From Camelus dromedarius (lineage: Eukaryota), in NCBI RefSeq assembly GCF_036321535.1, contig NC_087436.1:97032001-97096000 (forward strand): a stretch of 64,000 nucleotides of DNA, in the 5' to 3' direction. Made by a program: the position numbers and the translations under genes. Positions 25,580 through 40,162 of the stretch are shown piece by piece; the stretch's first letter is position 1, and every line of letters starts with the position of its first letter. The notes beneath the pieces were generated by a model. That model saw only the letters and a list, made by a program, of their open reading frames with translations. It was not told the origin of the DNA and made no database searches.

Positions 25580-27573
25580 TTCTAGAACTTCCAAATGGAA
25601 TAGTTACTAGATTAAATAGTTACTAAAATTTCTATTAAAACCTGGTGAATTCCTCCCAAACAAGGATATGTAAAAGTCTTCTCTACTGTCCACTGAAAAT
25701 AATGGCACTTTAGTGAACATAATGTTTCACTCACAGGGGTTTTACCATGACAATCAGGATATCTGATCCTGTCACTGCAAAAGTACAACAGACACTGCCG
25801 TATTTCCTAAGGCAGAGTACATTACCCTTTGCAAATTGAAAAGTAAGCTTTTACAATGTAGCAGTTATGATATGTTTCTGAAACATAAAGATGTAGACTC
25901 AAGTTCAGCCTCTACTATTAATCTCCTCTGTCATATTTATCCACTTCTTTTACATCTCTGAACTTCTTGACGTCTTAATATCCTTACCTTTAAAACAAGA
26001 GAAATGAAACTCATCTTCTAGCATTGTTTTGGAATGAAATGAGATAATATAGGTAGAATGATTGGCACATGGCCTGGCACATAATAAGGGCACAGAAAAT
26101 AACAGCGGTGATAGCAGATGAGAAGAAAGAAGCAGGACTCTTCCACTGTTTTGAATTTGTATGACAAAAAAATAACCCATTTAAAATTTTTAAAGAAATG
26201 TTAATATGAAACTTCTATATCTAAGTTGCAGCTTCCTGCTGCTCTGAGAGGTCTGAAGGATGACTGCCCAGAGTTCTCTCTTTCCCTCTCTCTCATGGGA
26301 AGGTTTCCATCTTGCCCAGTGAAATAAGAGTAAGAGATGTAGATGACACCAATACCTTTCTCCTTGTTGTAACTGCTAGAGGTCATTTTTGTGAATTTCT
26401 AAAGCACGGTTAACTCTAGACTTAGAATACCTCAGGTTAGGGAAGGTACAGGAGTATGTTCCTTTGCACAAATTTCTATTTTACAGGCAACCTGGCTCCT
26501 TGAACAAAACAGATTCCTAGGACATCCTAGGACAGTTATGGCTAGCCAGGGTTTGCCTTCTTAAGTTTCACTCTGGTAAAAAGGAAAAAACAAAGAAAAG
26601 AAAAAAGAAAAATTATTTGGAGTCACTGAAATAGTAAATAGTAAATTAGAGTTTCTGGATCACTGGGGTAACTAACATCTGGCACACTTCTGCTTCCATA
26701 TCACTAAAGTACTATCAAGAAATCTGTTGCTACTTTGGTCACAATAGAATAAAATTTAGTAAATTTCTCCTTCCACCCCTTGAAAGATACTCCCTCCATG
26801 TACATAATTACTTATAAGGAATAATTTATATACAGTGTATAAGGATTGAGGAAGAAACATAGCCACATAGGTTCAATTTAGACATAAAATGTATCTACCT
26901 CTTATTGCCAGATGATTTTAAAAAACAAAAATATGTAATGTAAATCTCTGAGTCATACTTATATATAAAATAAGGATGAAATTATTGAGGATTTACTTAC
27001 AATAAATAGCATGATTTTGGTGTTATAAACAGAAAGCATTATGCAGATTTTTTAAAAAGATATAACACTATATTTTGGAGATCCTTTGTCACAGAAAAAA
27101 AAGAGAACTGATAAAAGGACAAATAGCACAAAGAAATTGTAGTTTTTTTTTTTTTCTCCCACTCTGGCATATTTAGAGAAGTCAACCCAAAAGCTGTTAT
27201 TGCATACTAAAATTATGAAGTCAATCATTAGCTAACCTTTTGAGAACCTCTTTCTCCTCAACATATTATGTGTATAATTCCTAGTAAGGATAGTAGGCTA
27301 ACAGCTATACAATAAATATTTGTCATATAAAGAACTACAGAATTTATTTATATTTTGTGAGTTACTAGAGATTTCTTATAGCAATATATTTTCTTCTCAG
27401 TAATGAGTATTAGACTATTTTTCATTGAAGACATAGGAATTACAAATGCAGAAATGTATGCTTTTGCTTAGAAAAGTCAGATGAAGAGGTGACAGGCTAG
27501 CAACCCGGAGACCCAGAAGACTCCTATGAGAACCACTGGCTCGGAATATTCCTATATTCTAACACATTTCCAC

Positions 27574-28395
27574 CAGTTTTAAGTACTTTCACCATAAGCA
27601 TCTTTGCTGTAGACATCTTTGCCACAAGCATTTTTGCCACAAACATTTTACCATATATCTGGCTAGAAGGCAATTTTACCATAAAAGATAAAATAACTGG
27701 CTAGTAGTTTGGTTTGATATATACAACAACAACAAAAAAATCATGACAGATGACAATGATTTACCCCAAAAATTGGTTTCTCATTTTGAAACATACTAAA
27801 CTGGGGGAGAAAGAGGCTGAGACGAAGGGCCTGACAAGCTCAAAGTTGAACCTCCATTTCCCGCAGAACTTTGGAACATCTACCAATGGACATGTGACAG
27901 TAGGCCAAGGGCACACAGTGTCTACAGGTTTCACAATGCAACACAAATCTCAGTTATAAATAGGCATCCTTGTATTTGGGAACTGATATCTCTTTTAATG
28001 AAGGATAAGTGTTAGCAAATAAGAAAAAGTGTGATGCTAAACAAAGAGACTAATCAACAAGTTTTTTAAAAAATGTCTAAAATATTATGAACAAAAGACT
28101 TGGAAGGTAAGATCTTAGGTACAGCCCACAAAATAAAATCAGTTATCTGTGCAGCATTGCCATGAATCTATGCACATTTTCATTGTATTTAAATATTTTC
28201 TATTTCACAATACAGTCTTTAAAATTTTGTTATTTTATTTCTCCTGTTATATTATGTCCTTTTAAATTCCCTTTTATTTTTTTTTAATTGTATCTTTTAT
28301 AACAAAATTGCCTTACAGCCAGTTAGTTATAAGGCAAAAATGCTTGTGGCTAGCTGTCTATGCGAAAGATAGTGATGGTGAAAGTATCAGACATG
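27574..28395 (+). mobile_element. Mutator-like (MULE-MuDR, Ricksha-type) DNA transposon fossil
   Basis: ~120-bp imperfect TIRs built of ~15-bp subrepeats. Internal frame from 27851 reads PPFPAELWNIY...PR....FHN.......HPCIWELI. Confidence 0.8.
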
Positions 28396-29554
28396 ATCTT
28401 CAACACTTTCACATCTAAGCTTCCATCTTCCATTGCTTGGTTCACTGCAGTGGCACATTAACTGGTCTTCCTGCTTCTACCCTTGCCTTACACAATCTGC
28501 CCTAAACAAGAGAGGGTTACTGACCTTCTCATAGGCAAGGGCTGAGTGTCCTATTGCCTGTGGTAGGGAGTGGAGCATCTGCTAAAATAAGAGTGCCTGG
28601 AGGTAGCCAGCGCGTGTGCAGTTCCTCCATATAGGAATGGAGAAGTCGTCTTCACTCAAGGAAAATGAGTCAGGCAGGATGCTGGGATCCTTTCTGCTTT
28701 GCCTTTCCTAGAGACCTAGGCTCTATCTGGAACCTCACTGGATTTTCTCCATCTAACAGGAGCAAGACCCTCAGTAAGGAACTGATACTTCATCCTTCCA
28801 TGAGGGCTCATGGTCACCTCTGTGAATCTCACAGACAAATAGCCAGAGGGAAACACAGCTGCTGTCCCAAGTATTACAGGAAGTCATTTGCATCATGAGT
28901 TTGGGTGGAACACTTCCAGGTTTTGACTGTTTTCTTAGAGGGATTGTCTCAGGGTGGTTTCTGCTCCGGAAGCCAAGTAGGAAGGGATCTCTTCCACCCT
29001 TCCTCCCCGCCCTCCTCTCCTTTCCCTTCCCCTTTTCCTGACATTCTGTCACTCACACTGTGGCCCATCAGCTGGCCCAGAGGACTGCAACTCTGCGCAT
29101 GAAAGTGGAAGAGATACTTCAAACTGAGACACCTAGATTCTCACTTATTTCTGGGACACTAGAAAAAAAGGCAGCCTCGGCTTCAAAGCCACATGCTTTC
29201 TGAAGCAAGAGGGAGCAAAGAGCCAGTGGAGCTTGGAGTAATTTCCGGAATCAGAGAGAAAATGGGCACTATTTAAAAATCAATGGAATCTATACTAATT
29301 TATAAGTAAACAGAGAATATTACCAATCAAGTTTATCTCAAGACCCCTGGACCAGAAATCCCCACAAAACCCATTCCTGAATTTCCCCTCACACCTCATC
29401 CGTACATGTGTACCTGTTAGATCTTATTCCACCTTGAGGAAAGGAGTTAGAAGGGCTGGGGGGTGGAGGGGGCAGGATTAATGAAAAAGAAATTGCTGTG
29501 CTGGCAACTCCCCCAAGGATCTTTTTCTCTCTTCTCTCTCACAGCTGCTTTCTT

Positions 29555-29665
29555 TGTGTTCTCCTTCGGCTTCCTTTTCTCTTTCTCTTTCTCTCCTTTT
29601 ATCTCTTCTGTCTCGTCCATTCCCTCACCTTCCCCACCTCTCCTGCCACCTCTCATCATCATTCA
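29555..29665. repeat. Pyrimidine-rich low-complexity tract
   Basis: Direct reading. Confidence 0.7.
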
Positions 29666-29964
29666 CCCTGTTTGTTTTCCTCAGCGTTGTCATATCTTCC
29701 TTCATTCACTACTTATGTATTTATGGTAGTGATGACGTAGCGATGTCCTGGGCTCCATTCCAGGCTCGGGGGTGCACAGCAAGAAAGACACAGTCCCTGC
29801 CCCCATGGAATTTATATTCCAGTGAGGAACTGAAGTATAGGAATGAAAAGAAGTAAACAGATAAATAAATAAAGTAATTGCAGGTTGTGGTAAGATTTAT
29901 AATGGAAATAGAAATCACTAGATAAAGATAAAGGTAAGAGGGAAGCTGGGGTGTGTCATCTAGA

Positions 29965-30150
29965 TCTGGGGCTCTGAACAGCTTTTGTGTCATGAACGCT
30001 TTTGGAGTTTGGTGAAACTTCTGGATTCCTTCTCAGGGTAGTCTTTTAAATATATAAAATAGAATGAACGGAATGATAAATAGGACAAGTATACTGGAAT
30101 ATAGCACTAACGACACTTCTCGTGGGAGTCCACTGACCCCAGATTGGATT
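29965..30150 (+). mobile_element. hAT-Charlie family fragment (MER119-like)
   Basis: Begins after tctag. ttttgtgtcatg.ac.c.tttgg.agt.tggtgaa.c.t.tgga..ccttctcag resembles a recalled consensus. Confidence 0.5.
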
Positions 30151-30512
30151 CTTTGTAGCACAACATAAAGTGTTTGGATATTGTTTTAAGTAGAATGGGA
30201 AGTAATTATAGAGTTTTAATCAGGGGAGTAATAAAGTATGATTTATATTTTTAGACCGCTGTTGTTAATGTATGGAAATACATTTCATGTGGCTAATAGT
30301 GAAAGCTGAGGAATATTTAGGAGGTGGCTACACTGGTGTAAGAAAGAGATGATCCTAGCTTGGACTCAGATACAGTGACTACGGAGGAAACTTTCTAAAA
30401 GAATGTCTGTGCACAAAGGAACACGCATACCCTGAAAAGAGAAGAAAGAGACTGGAAAGGAAGAAGCACATAGGTCTCTTTTCTCTTCCTACTTTTCCAA
30501 AGCCTCCACTTA

Positions 30513-30950
<438 letters not shown>

Positions 30951-30999
30951 TCAAAAATACTACTAAAACAAATCCCTCTCCCTGGGCTGGACCACCCGT

Positions 31000-31287
31000 C
31001 ACTTAGTCATTCTCCAGAAAACTGCCTGTAAGCGCCCCCTCCCCTAGAACAGCCACACATTCACAAAGACAAACTGATGCAGGCGTGTAAAGCCAGCCCC
31101 CTTGGTACTCACGCTTCAGAGCTTCCCTGAGGTATCAGGCTGAGCCCAAACCCTAGTTTTTTCCATTTCTTCCCTTGCCCTGCCTGCTTCTTTCCTTCCC
31201 TTACAGGAGTCACCTGATAGCCCTCTCTCAATGAGTCACTCACATTCTCATCTTAATCTCTTTTTCTAGGGACCCTGACACAAGACA
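31000..31287 (+). mobile_element. LTR16-like (ERVL) solo LTR 3' part
   Basis: Ends ...ttctagggaccctgacacaagaca, resembling the recalled LTR16-family terminus. Confidence 0.6.
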
Positions 31288-31822
31288 ACTGTAGATGTGA
31301 GCTTTTCCTTTATGAGATAAAAGCTATCTTTGGACATATGACTGCCCTCTCTTTATGAGTGTCTACTTCTTGTGAACCTTAAAATTGTCTAAAACTCCTC
31401 TCATAATGAGCTGTCTAGAGAACATGGAAATGAGAAAGCAAAATCAGGACACTGAAGTAACAAATTCAGTTTCTATATACATAGTTAGCAGATGAGCATA
31501 ATATGAACAGTTAATTACTATCTCCATGGAATTTCAGCAATGAAGGTGCTATTTTAAAACTATTTTGGAGTTAGAAGAAAGCTGTAAAAATAAATCTAAG
31601 TTAAGAGTGGTTTCCAGAAGCACTTATTAAACTATCATGAATGAAATTACAGATAGCATATTCATGTCGGATCTAGTTTGCATTTTTAGCACACCCTAAA
31701 GGACTATCTATAATTCTATTTGAGGAACAAAAAATCTCGTCCTATGATTGTGCTTCTGTAAACATCAATTATGAACCATGAGGATATCATCTCATCAACT
31801 GGTATTGTTTACTGTAGTATTA

Positions 31823-32101
<279 letters not shown>

Positions 32102-33679
32102 CTATGTGCCAGTAATTATGTTGTGCACCAGGAGTACAAAGATAAGAAATATATTGCTCTTGCCCTACAGAAGCTCACAGTATTAACAATATGAAACAGT
32201 TACAGGCCAAGGAGATCTGTGTGGCAATGATGGGAATATATAGGGTGGTTTAACAGCAGAAGAAAGGTGCTTGGGAAAGCTTGCAAAGTGGAAATGCTAA
32301 TACCTGAGATGAGCTTGGGAGAATGAGAAGCATTTTACTACTGGCAAAAGAGCTTTTTAAAGGACTCTAAACATTAATAAACTCAATAACGTAAACCGGA
32401 TGCTTCAGGATAGCCAAGACTCGTGGTATAGCAATCATTGACTCTGGAGCAATCCTGCCTACTTTCAACTTCTGAGTGGCTCTGCTTTGCCTCTAACTAA
32501 ATGTATGACCATGGGCAAGTTATTTGATCTCCTTGTATCTCAGTCTTTTTATTTGTATCATGAGAGTAATAATACTATCTATATCATAGGGTTAAATGTG
32601 TTAATATTTGTAAAGCACTTAAAATTATAATAAGCGTAAATGGTATCGATAACCTCATCCTAACTCCTACAGCAGACATGGTCAATTAGTTTCTCATACA
32701 GTTCTCCCTCTTGCTTAACCTGCCCACCCAGAAGCTATGAAAGAGGCAGTTGCGTGTACTATGTGATACTTTCCCCAACCAGAGCTGATTTTACTAGCAG
32801 GAGACCAATTTCCAAAACCCAGACAATGTGATTCCTTTCTTTGGAAGAGCCCAGAGATTGTAACTTGTTGTCCTGGCTATGAAAATGAATAAGCAGAGAG
32901 GTTGTTAAGGAAGGGGAAACAGAGCAGATGCTAAGAGAGAAAAGGAGAAAAATCAAGATGAAAGAATCAGTGTAGTCTTATAGCTGGAGAAAGCAGCTAT
33001 TATAGCCTTACAATAAACTCTTCTTTTCTTAAATTCACTTGAATGGATATCTGTTTCTCACAACTAAAAGAAGAAAAATCCTTGATCCTGAACATCTTGC
33101 TGGAAAAACCTAAACAAAACCTGGTCTAATGGTGCTACAAGCCACAAGAGGACAGAACCATTCTAGCGAGGTACTCAGAATGAAGATGCAAGTGTGAATC
33201 CCACATCTTTATTTGTGAATAGAATTTGTTACGGTTTTAAAACTACTTTAGTTTCACAGGTTGAGCTGTCCTGTGAACCAAAGATTAGGAAATGAGCTAG
33301 ATTTTAAATGTCTACTCTGAAAACTTTAGACTAGGTCGATCAACCAGATTAAAATCAGGAGGACAGGGGAAAACAGAACAGTTTTTGGCTTTTGGTTTAT
33401 AACCACAAATATGGTAAATTTTTTAACCCTTGTAAGTTAATAATTTATTAACACAGGAAGTTACATTCATACTGAATCGAGAACTTTGGTCATTTACTAG
33501 AAATTGACTTAATTATATGTAATTTTTTTTTCTGTTAACAACTCTCACATTTTTTCTGCTCATCACCTAAGTTTTCCATGAAGACCTACGTGTTCTCAAT
33601 TGTAATGGGGCTGACCCTACTCCCAGGTGTAGGTGGGGATATAATCTGAGCCAAATAGTACATTTGGCATTCATTTTGC

Positions 33680-34352
33680 CAAAAAAAATCCAATTTCCCC
33701 TCATTCTGAGCATGATAGGGTCGTACTTCCTTGTTGCCTGTGGTTGAGTGGGGCCATGTGACTAGTTCTGGTTAATGAATAGTGAACAAAGTCATTTTGT
33801 CATTTTCAGGTTAAGCATTTAATTGCTAGTGCGGGTCTATCCAAAGCTCTTTCTTCTACCACCATGATAGCAACCAAACAGTGGGAGCCCTTCAGCTTCA
33901 GTCTAGGGGTGAGGATGACCAGGTAGCAGCCTGTCTTTGGTGAAACAGGTTATTGTTATCATACCATAAACTAGGCTGGTCTGCCCCAGTACTTCCTTTT
34001 AGTCTCAGTGATCTGTTCAGTGACGGGTTTGTGACAGATTTGGCGTAAGAATAAGACCCAGGCTTTTACGTATACTCACAGGGAATAAAAGATTCTTCTT
34101 TTCTACTGAACTTGTGGTTTTGATGATGTAGCCATATTGCCAGCATGAGGAATAAGCATGTTGGAGAATGGAATTGCCACAGAGGAAGGCAGACAGAGAA
34201 GACGAGAGACTGGGCTCTTTCTAGTTCAAGAAAGCTATTAAGATAAATACATTTCCAGATTTTTAAATTACATGGACCAAAGAATTCATTTTTCCTTGAG
34301 CACTTTGGGTTTGCATTTCTGTCACTTAAAGTCAAAGAAGTCCTTAATGATA
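33680..34352 (+). mobile_element. MLT1-type (MaLR) LTR fragments
   Basis: ggggccatgtgactagttctgg..aatgaa. Terminus ...gggtttgcatttctgtcactt..agtcaaagaagtcctt.atgata. Confidence 0.65.
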
Positions 34353-35159
34353 TAAAGATCAAATTTGGACTTTATTTTTTTCCAGTTGAAATGCAGCTGA
34401 CATGTAACATTGTGCAAGCTTAATATGTACAATGTGATGACTTGATACTTATATATATTGCAAAATTATTACTGCAATAAGGTTAGAGAGCACATCTATC
34501 ACCTCAAATTTAGACTTTAATATGATAAGAGATACAACTCATACTGAAATTAAATAATTTAGTGGCGTCCTTATTTATCTCAGCTGTTCTTAGCAGCTCT
34601 GCAACTAACCTCTTCCTTTCATGGATGCTATTAGCAAACTTTGACAACTAGTGTTGCCTGGTAGTGGATAGCACGTGATCATACAACACAAAAGATGACA
34701 TTTTTATGTACTAATAGTTCCATAAAACATAATCAACCTTTATTAGATCAATTTGTTTATTTAGGAATAACTGATTTTGCTATTTCTTGAGTACAAAACT
34801 CTCTCCATGTCCAAAATTCCAGGCATTAAGGGAATATGATTGGCCCATTTTGGGTTAAATATTCAGTTATAATAGGGACATTGAAGAACATGAAAGCTCC
34901 CATTAGAGCCACATGGATAGAGAAGATAATTTCCAGTATAATTACCCAAAAATAAAGTGGCAAGATAGACAAACCAACAGGTATCTACTCCAGGCTGCCT
35001 TTTTCACATCTAACAGTGTCCTGATGCCTTTAATGCCACAATGGAAAGACATGCAGAAGATTTTTCCTAAGATAAAAATGGTCTGTTCCAAGGTACCTCA
35101 ATATTTTGTCTCTGTAAGTAGAAACAGACATAATAGGAAACTTTTCAAGGAAAGCTTTG

Positions 35160-36790
35160 TTTGTTTTTTAGACTATATTTTTAGTGCAGTTTTAAGTTCA
35201 CAGCAAAATTACGAGGAAGATACGGAGATTTCCCATGTATCTTCTGCCCCCATACATACATAGCCTCCCCCATGATCAACATTCCCCACTAGAGTGGTAC
35301 ATCTGCTACAGTTGATGAACTTATATTGATACATCATAATCACCCAAAGTCCATAGTTTCAGTAGAGTTCACTCTTCGTGTTGTACATACTGTGGGCTTG
35401 ACAAATATATAATAACATGTATCTATCATTATCACATAGTACAGAGAATTTTTAGGGTCATGAAAATACTCGCTACCCCAAAAAGTCTGTGTTCTTTTTG
35501 TTCATCCCTCTCCAACACCAAACTCTGAAAACCACTGATTTTTTTACTATCGTCATAGTTTTGCCTTTTCTAGAATGTCACACAGTCTGTATCATAAAGT
35601 ATGTAGCCTTTTCAGATTGGCTTCCTTCACTTAGCAAAATGCATTGAAGATTCCTCCATGTCTTCCTGTGGCTTGTTAGCTCATTCCTTTTTGGTGCTGA
35701 AACACATTTTATTATATGGATGTTATTTATTCATTCATTCACATGCTGAAGGACAGCTTGCTTGCTTCCAAGTTTTCACAATTATGAACAAAGCTGCTTT
35801 AACATCTGTGTGCAGGTTTTTGTGTGCATATACATTTTTAACTCCCTTGGGGGAAATACCAAGGAGTGCTATTGCTGGATCATATGGTAAGATTATATTT
35901 AGTTTTTTAAGAAACAAACAAACTGTCTTCCAGAGTATACCATTTTGCATTCCCACTAGCAACAAAATGAGAATTCCTTCTGCTCCCCATCCTCACCAGC
36001 AATTGAGGTTGTTAGTGTTCAGGATTTTCGCCATTCTTCTAGGTATGTAGTGGTATCTCCTTGTTGTTTTCATTTGCATCTCACTGATGACATATGATAT
36101 GGATCATCTTTTCAAATGCTTATTTGTCAATTGCATCTCTTCTTTGGTAAAATGTCTATTAAGATTTTTGGCCCATTTTTGAATCAGGTTTTAGGAGTTC
36201 TTTGTATATTTTGGATAACAGTCCTTTATCAGATGTGTCTTTTGCAAATATTTTCTCCCAGTTTGTAGTTCATCTTCTCATTCTCTTGACATTATCTTTC
36301 CCAAAGTAGAAGTTTTTAATTTTATGAAGTCCAGCATACCAATTATTTCTTTCAAGGGCCATGCCTTTGGTATTGTGTCTAAAAATTCATCACCATACCC
36401 AAGATCATCTAGGCCTTCACCTATGTTATCTTCTAGGAGTTTTATAGTTTCGTGTTTTACATTTATGTTTACATTCTGAGTTAGTTTTTGTGAAGGGTAT
36501 AAGATTTGTGTCTACATTCATTTTTTCACATATGGATATTCGCTTGTTCCAGCCCCATTTGTTGAAGAGACTATTTTTGCTCCATTATATTGCCTTTTCT
36601 CCTTTGTGAAAGATCGGTTGTAGATCTACTTCTGGGCTCTCTATTCTGTTCCATTGATCTGTGTGTCTCTTCTTTTGTCAGTACCACACTGTCTTGATTA
36701 CCATAGCTTTACAGCAGGTCATGAAGTCAGGTAGTGTCAGTCCTCCAGTTTTGTCCTTTTCCTTCAATATTGTGTTGGCTATTCTAGGTG
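35160..36790 (-). mobile_element. Old L1 (L1MC-like) 3'UTR + ORF2 end
   Basis: Minus-strand peptides LWKTVCLFLKKLNIILPYDPAIALLGI and GGLTLPDF...VIKTVWY. Confidence 0.88.
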
Positions 36791-37096
36791 ACAGTTTCTT
36801 TTTGATTTGGAAAATTAAATTCATCCTTGCTTGGCTTTCAAATCCACAGGTAACATTACATGCTTTTGCATACAAAGGTATATAATGAACTAAAAATATT
36901 TCCAGTATCCTATTTCCATATTTAATAAATGTGAAAAATCATATTTTCTCAGTAAGCATTTGCTTCAAAATTTTGCTAAACCCATTTCACTCTATTGAAT
37001 GAGGTTAACCTATGCTGACAGTATAGTACTGGCTGATCAGTACAAAGAAAAGTATGGCATGTGTGGCTTTACTTCTTATAAAGCTACTATTTCTTA

Positions 37097-37347
37097 ACGT
37101 AAAACATGGTGATTGTAGTTGATAGCACTGCGTTGTATAGTTGAAATTTGCTAAGAGAGTAGAATTTAAATGTTCCCACCAAAATGTTTTTAAAAGATCA
37201 GTATGTGAGGTGATGGATGTGTTAATTAGGTAGATGGGTAGATTGAAGGAATTTTTCACAATGTATCCATATGTAAAATCACTGTGATCTATGCTTCAAA
37301 TATTTTTCAATGTTATTTGTCAACTATACTTCAATAAAACAAACAAA

Positions 37348-37383
<36 letters not shown>

Positions 37384-37409
37384 GTAAATAAGTAAATAAA
37401 TAAATAAAA
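37097..37409 (+). mobile_element. L1 3' end with (TAAA)n tail
   Basis: tgaaatttgctaagagagtagaattt..., cttcaataaa, then (taaa)n at ~37348-37408. Confidence 0.85.
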
Positions 37410-38740
37410 TGACCTTTTAGGTGGAATCTTTTAAATATTATAGATTGCATTCACAAAACACAAGATTATAAATAACAAATTGAGAGTAAGTAATCTAGGC
37501 CTCTCTGTCCCTAATATTAAACAACTAGATCCTGATAAATATACTTTTTAATGCATTTGGGGGTGGGGTTTGAACTTAGCAGGAGGAATGTTAAGGGAAT
37601 GTCTCAAATTCCCCTCCAAAACATGAGTGCAGCCAGGGTTGAATGTCAGGGAACAAACAGCCAGGAATAATGGGATTACTATAAGGACAAATTCTTTTCC
37701 AATAACTTAGATACAGGAGAATAAAACTGTAAGTGATAATCAAGTGAGCAGAACAAAGAACTGTGATCCTTGAGATCCTCATCATAAAAGGTGAACTTGA
37801 GATCTTGACTGAGACTCTCAAGGAGGCTGAAGTAGTCCCAGGGAAGTAGCACCTGGTTCTCAGCAAAGACAGAAATGAATGCCATCTGGAACAAAGCAGC
37901 TCCTTTTATGCCTGCAGGAATCTCATGTATATGTGATCACAAACAAAAGTCCCCAAACAAGTAAAGAGGTAAATACCATAGATCACAGTCGGCAGAAGCA
38001 ACAGGCAACACCCTCAAAAACTACACTTATTAGAATGAGTAGCTACCAAATGAAAACAACTATGTATGAAAAGTTTAATTAGATAAAGAATAGTCTAAAA
38101 ATAAGCAGTCAGCAAGAGACTATCAAGAATGATGAGGGATATCTGGATATGAGCTACAAAGAATCTTAAGATGTAAAAAATATAATTGCTGAAAACAATA
38201 ACTCAACCATAAATTAAAAGTGTATTTTAAAGTATATAATATTTGTGGCACTTGAACTGAAATGTGAAAACAGTACACAGGATATAGCATTTACATATAG
38301 ACACAAGAAGATGGAAAATGTAAAAGAAAAGAAAAGAAATATGGAATTTAGAAGGGCATGGTCTAACATACAACTCACTGGATACCTAGAAGAATAGAGT
38401 GCATAAAGTGGAGGTGAGGCAATATTTGATTGGAAAACATATATTAATTTTTCATAAATGTGAAAGGACAAAATTCCAATTAGAAAGCACAATGTATTAT
38501 ATTCACAAAAAGTTTTTAAAATTCACATCTAGATACATTATAGAAAAATGCAGAACACCAAGTACAAAGAAAAGATCTTAAAAGCAGCCAGGAAGATAAA
38601 GCAGATCACCCGTCAAGTTATGAAAATATAATTTACTGAGGTCTTCACAGCAGCAGTAGTAAAATCCATAAACAGTAGCATAATATCACCAAGGAAATGA
38701 AAAAAAAAAAAACAATGTAAATCTAGAATCTTACGCCAAA

Positions 38741-39285
38741 TATGGTAGCAGGTCTCCAAAGACACTCCCCATGCCTCTCCAATATTCATGTCCTTGTGTA
38801 ACACTTCCCCACAATGAACTAGGGTCAGCTCTGTGACTCACTTCCATCAGTAGACTGTTATAGGAGTAATGATCTGATAACAGGCTTAGGAATTAAGAAA
38901 GCCTCACAGCATCTGCTTTTGTACTTTTGAAAGTCCTGATCCTCATGTCAGCAATCCAGCTACTCTTCTGGAAAGAGCACATGACAGAAAGAGGTGATAT
39001 GGAGAAGTCAGGTGGAAAGAAAGAGTCCTTGGGACTCCATGGAGAGAGAACAAGGCCCAACCACTTCTGCATACCAGCTACCACTGCCAAGCCTCCAGAC
39101 GTGAATAATGCTATCTTGGACTTCCCAACATCAGACACTCTCTTACTGCAATGCATAACAGACTCTAAAAAGATAAACAAAACAACCTTCCAGCTGAGGC
39201 CCCAAACAAACTACAGAATCATGAGAACTAGTGAAGTGGTTTTTTGGGGGAGTATTTTGATATGAAGAGATAGGTAACTGTAACA
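38741..39285 (+). mobile_element. MLT1E/F-like MaLR solo LTR inserted in L1
   Basis: Starts t(a)tggtagcagg.ctccaaaga... and ends gataggtaactgtaaca, ~545 bp. Confidence 0.75.
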
Positions 39286-39959
39286 CCGAGCAAAATTCTA
39301 TTCAAGGAAAATGATATGCAGACAAATGGAAAAATGTCTCATGTTTGTAGACTGGAAGAATTAATATTCTGTACTACCCAAGGTGATCTACAGATTCAAT
39401 ACAATCCCTATCAAAATCCCAATGGTATTTTTTACAGAAATAGAAAAAAAATTTCTAAAATTCATATAGAACCAAAAAAGATCCTGAATAGCCAAAGCAA
39501 TCTTGAGCAAGAAGAACAATGCTGGAGGTACCACAAAGCTACAGTAATCAAAACAGTGTGGTATTGGCATAAAAACAGACATATAGACCAATGGAACAGA
39601 ATGGAGAACCTAGAAATAAATCCACACATCTATAGTCAATTGATCTATGACAAGGATGCCAAGAACACACAATGGAGAAAGGCTATCCTATTCAATAAAT
39701 GGTTTGGTGAAAACTGGATATCTGTATACAGAAGAATGAAATTGGACTTAGACCACATACAAAAATTAACTCAAAATTAATTAAATGCATAAACATGATG
39801 ACTGGAAGGAAAAACAAAATTATCATTGCTTAAAGATGATGCAAGAATTTACATAGAAAACTTGAAGGAATTCTCAAAAAGAAAATATTAGAAATAATGA
39901 GAAGATTTAGAAAGGTGGCTGGCTTCAATACCATTGTAGAAAAATCCACTACATATATT

Positions 39960-39965
39960 CATATA

Positions 39966-40053
<88 letters not shown>

Positions 40054-40162
40054 CCACTACATATATTCATATATGTGTGTGTGTATATATATATACACAC
40101 ACACATATATACATACATATATATACACACACACATATATACATACATATAAATATATATAT
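39960..40162. repeat. Compound (TG)n(TA)n(CA)n microsatellite
   Basis: Direct reading; long (TA)n at ~39976-40051. Confidence 0.95.

Noticed and set aside
27584..27655. Regularly spaced ~15-nt repeats suggestive of a CRISPR-like array
   Set aside because: No unique spacers; they are subrepeats of a transposon TIR in a mammalian genome.
39316..39780. 154-aa plus-strand ORF
   Set aside because: Frameshifted L1 ORF2 fragment.
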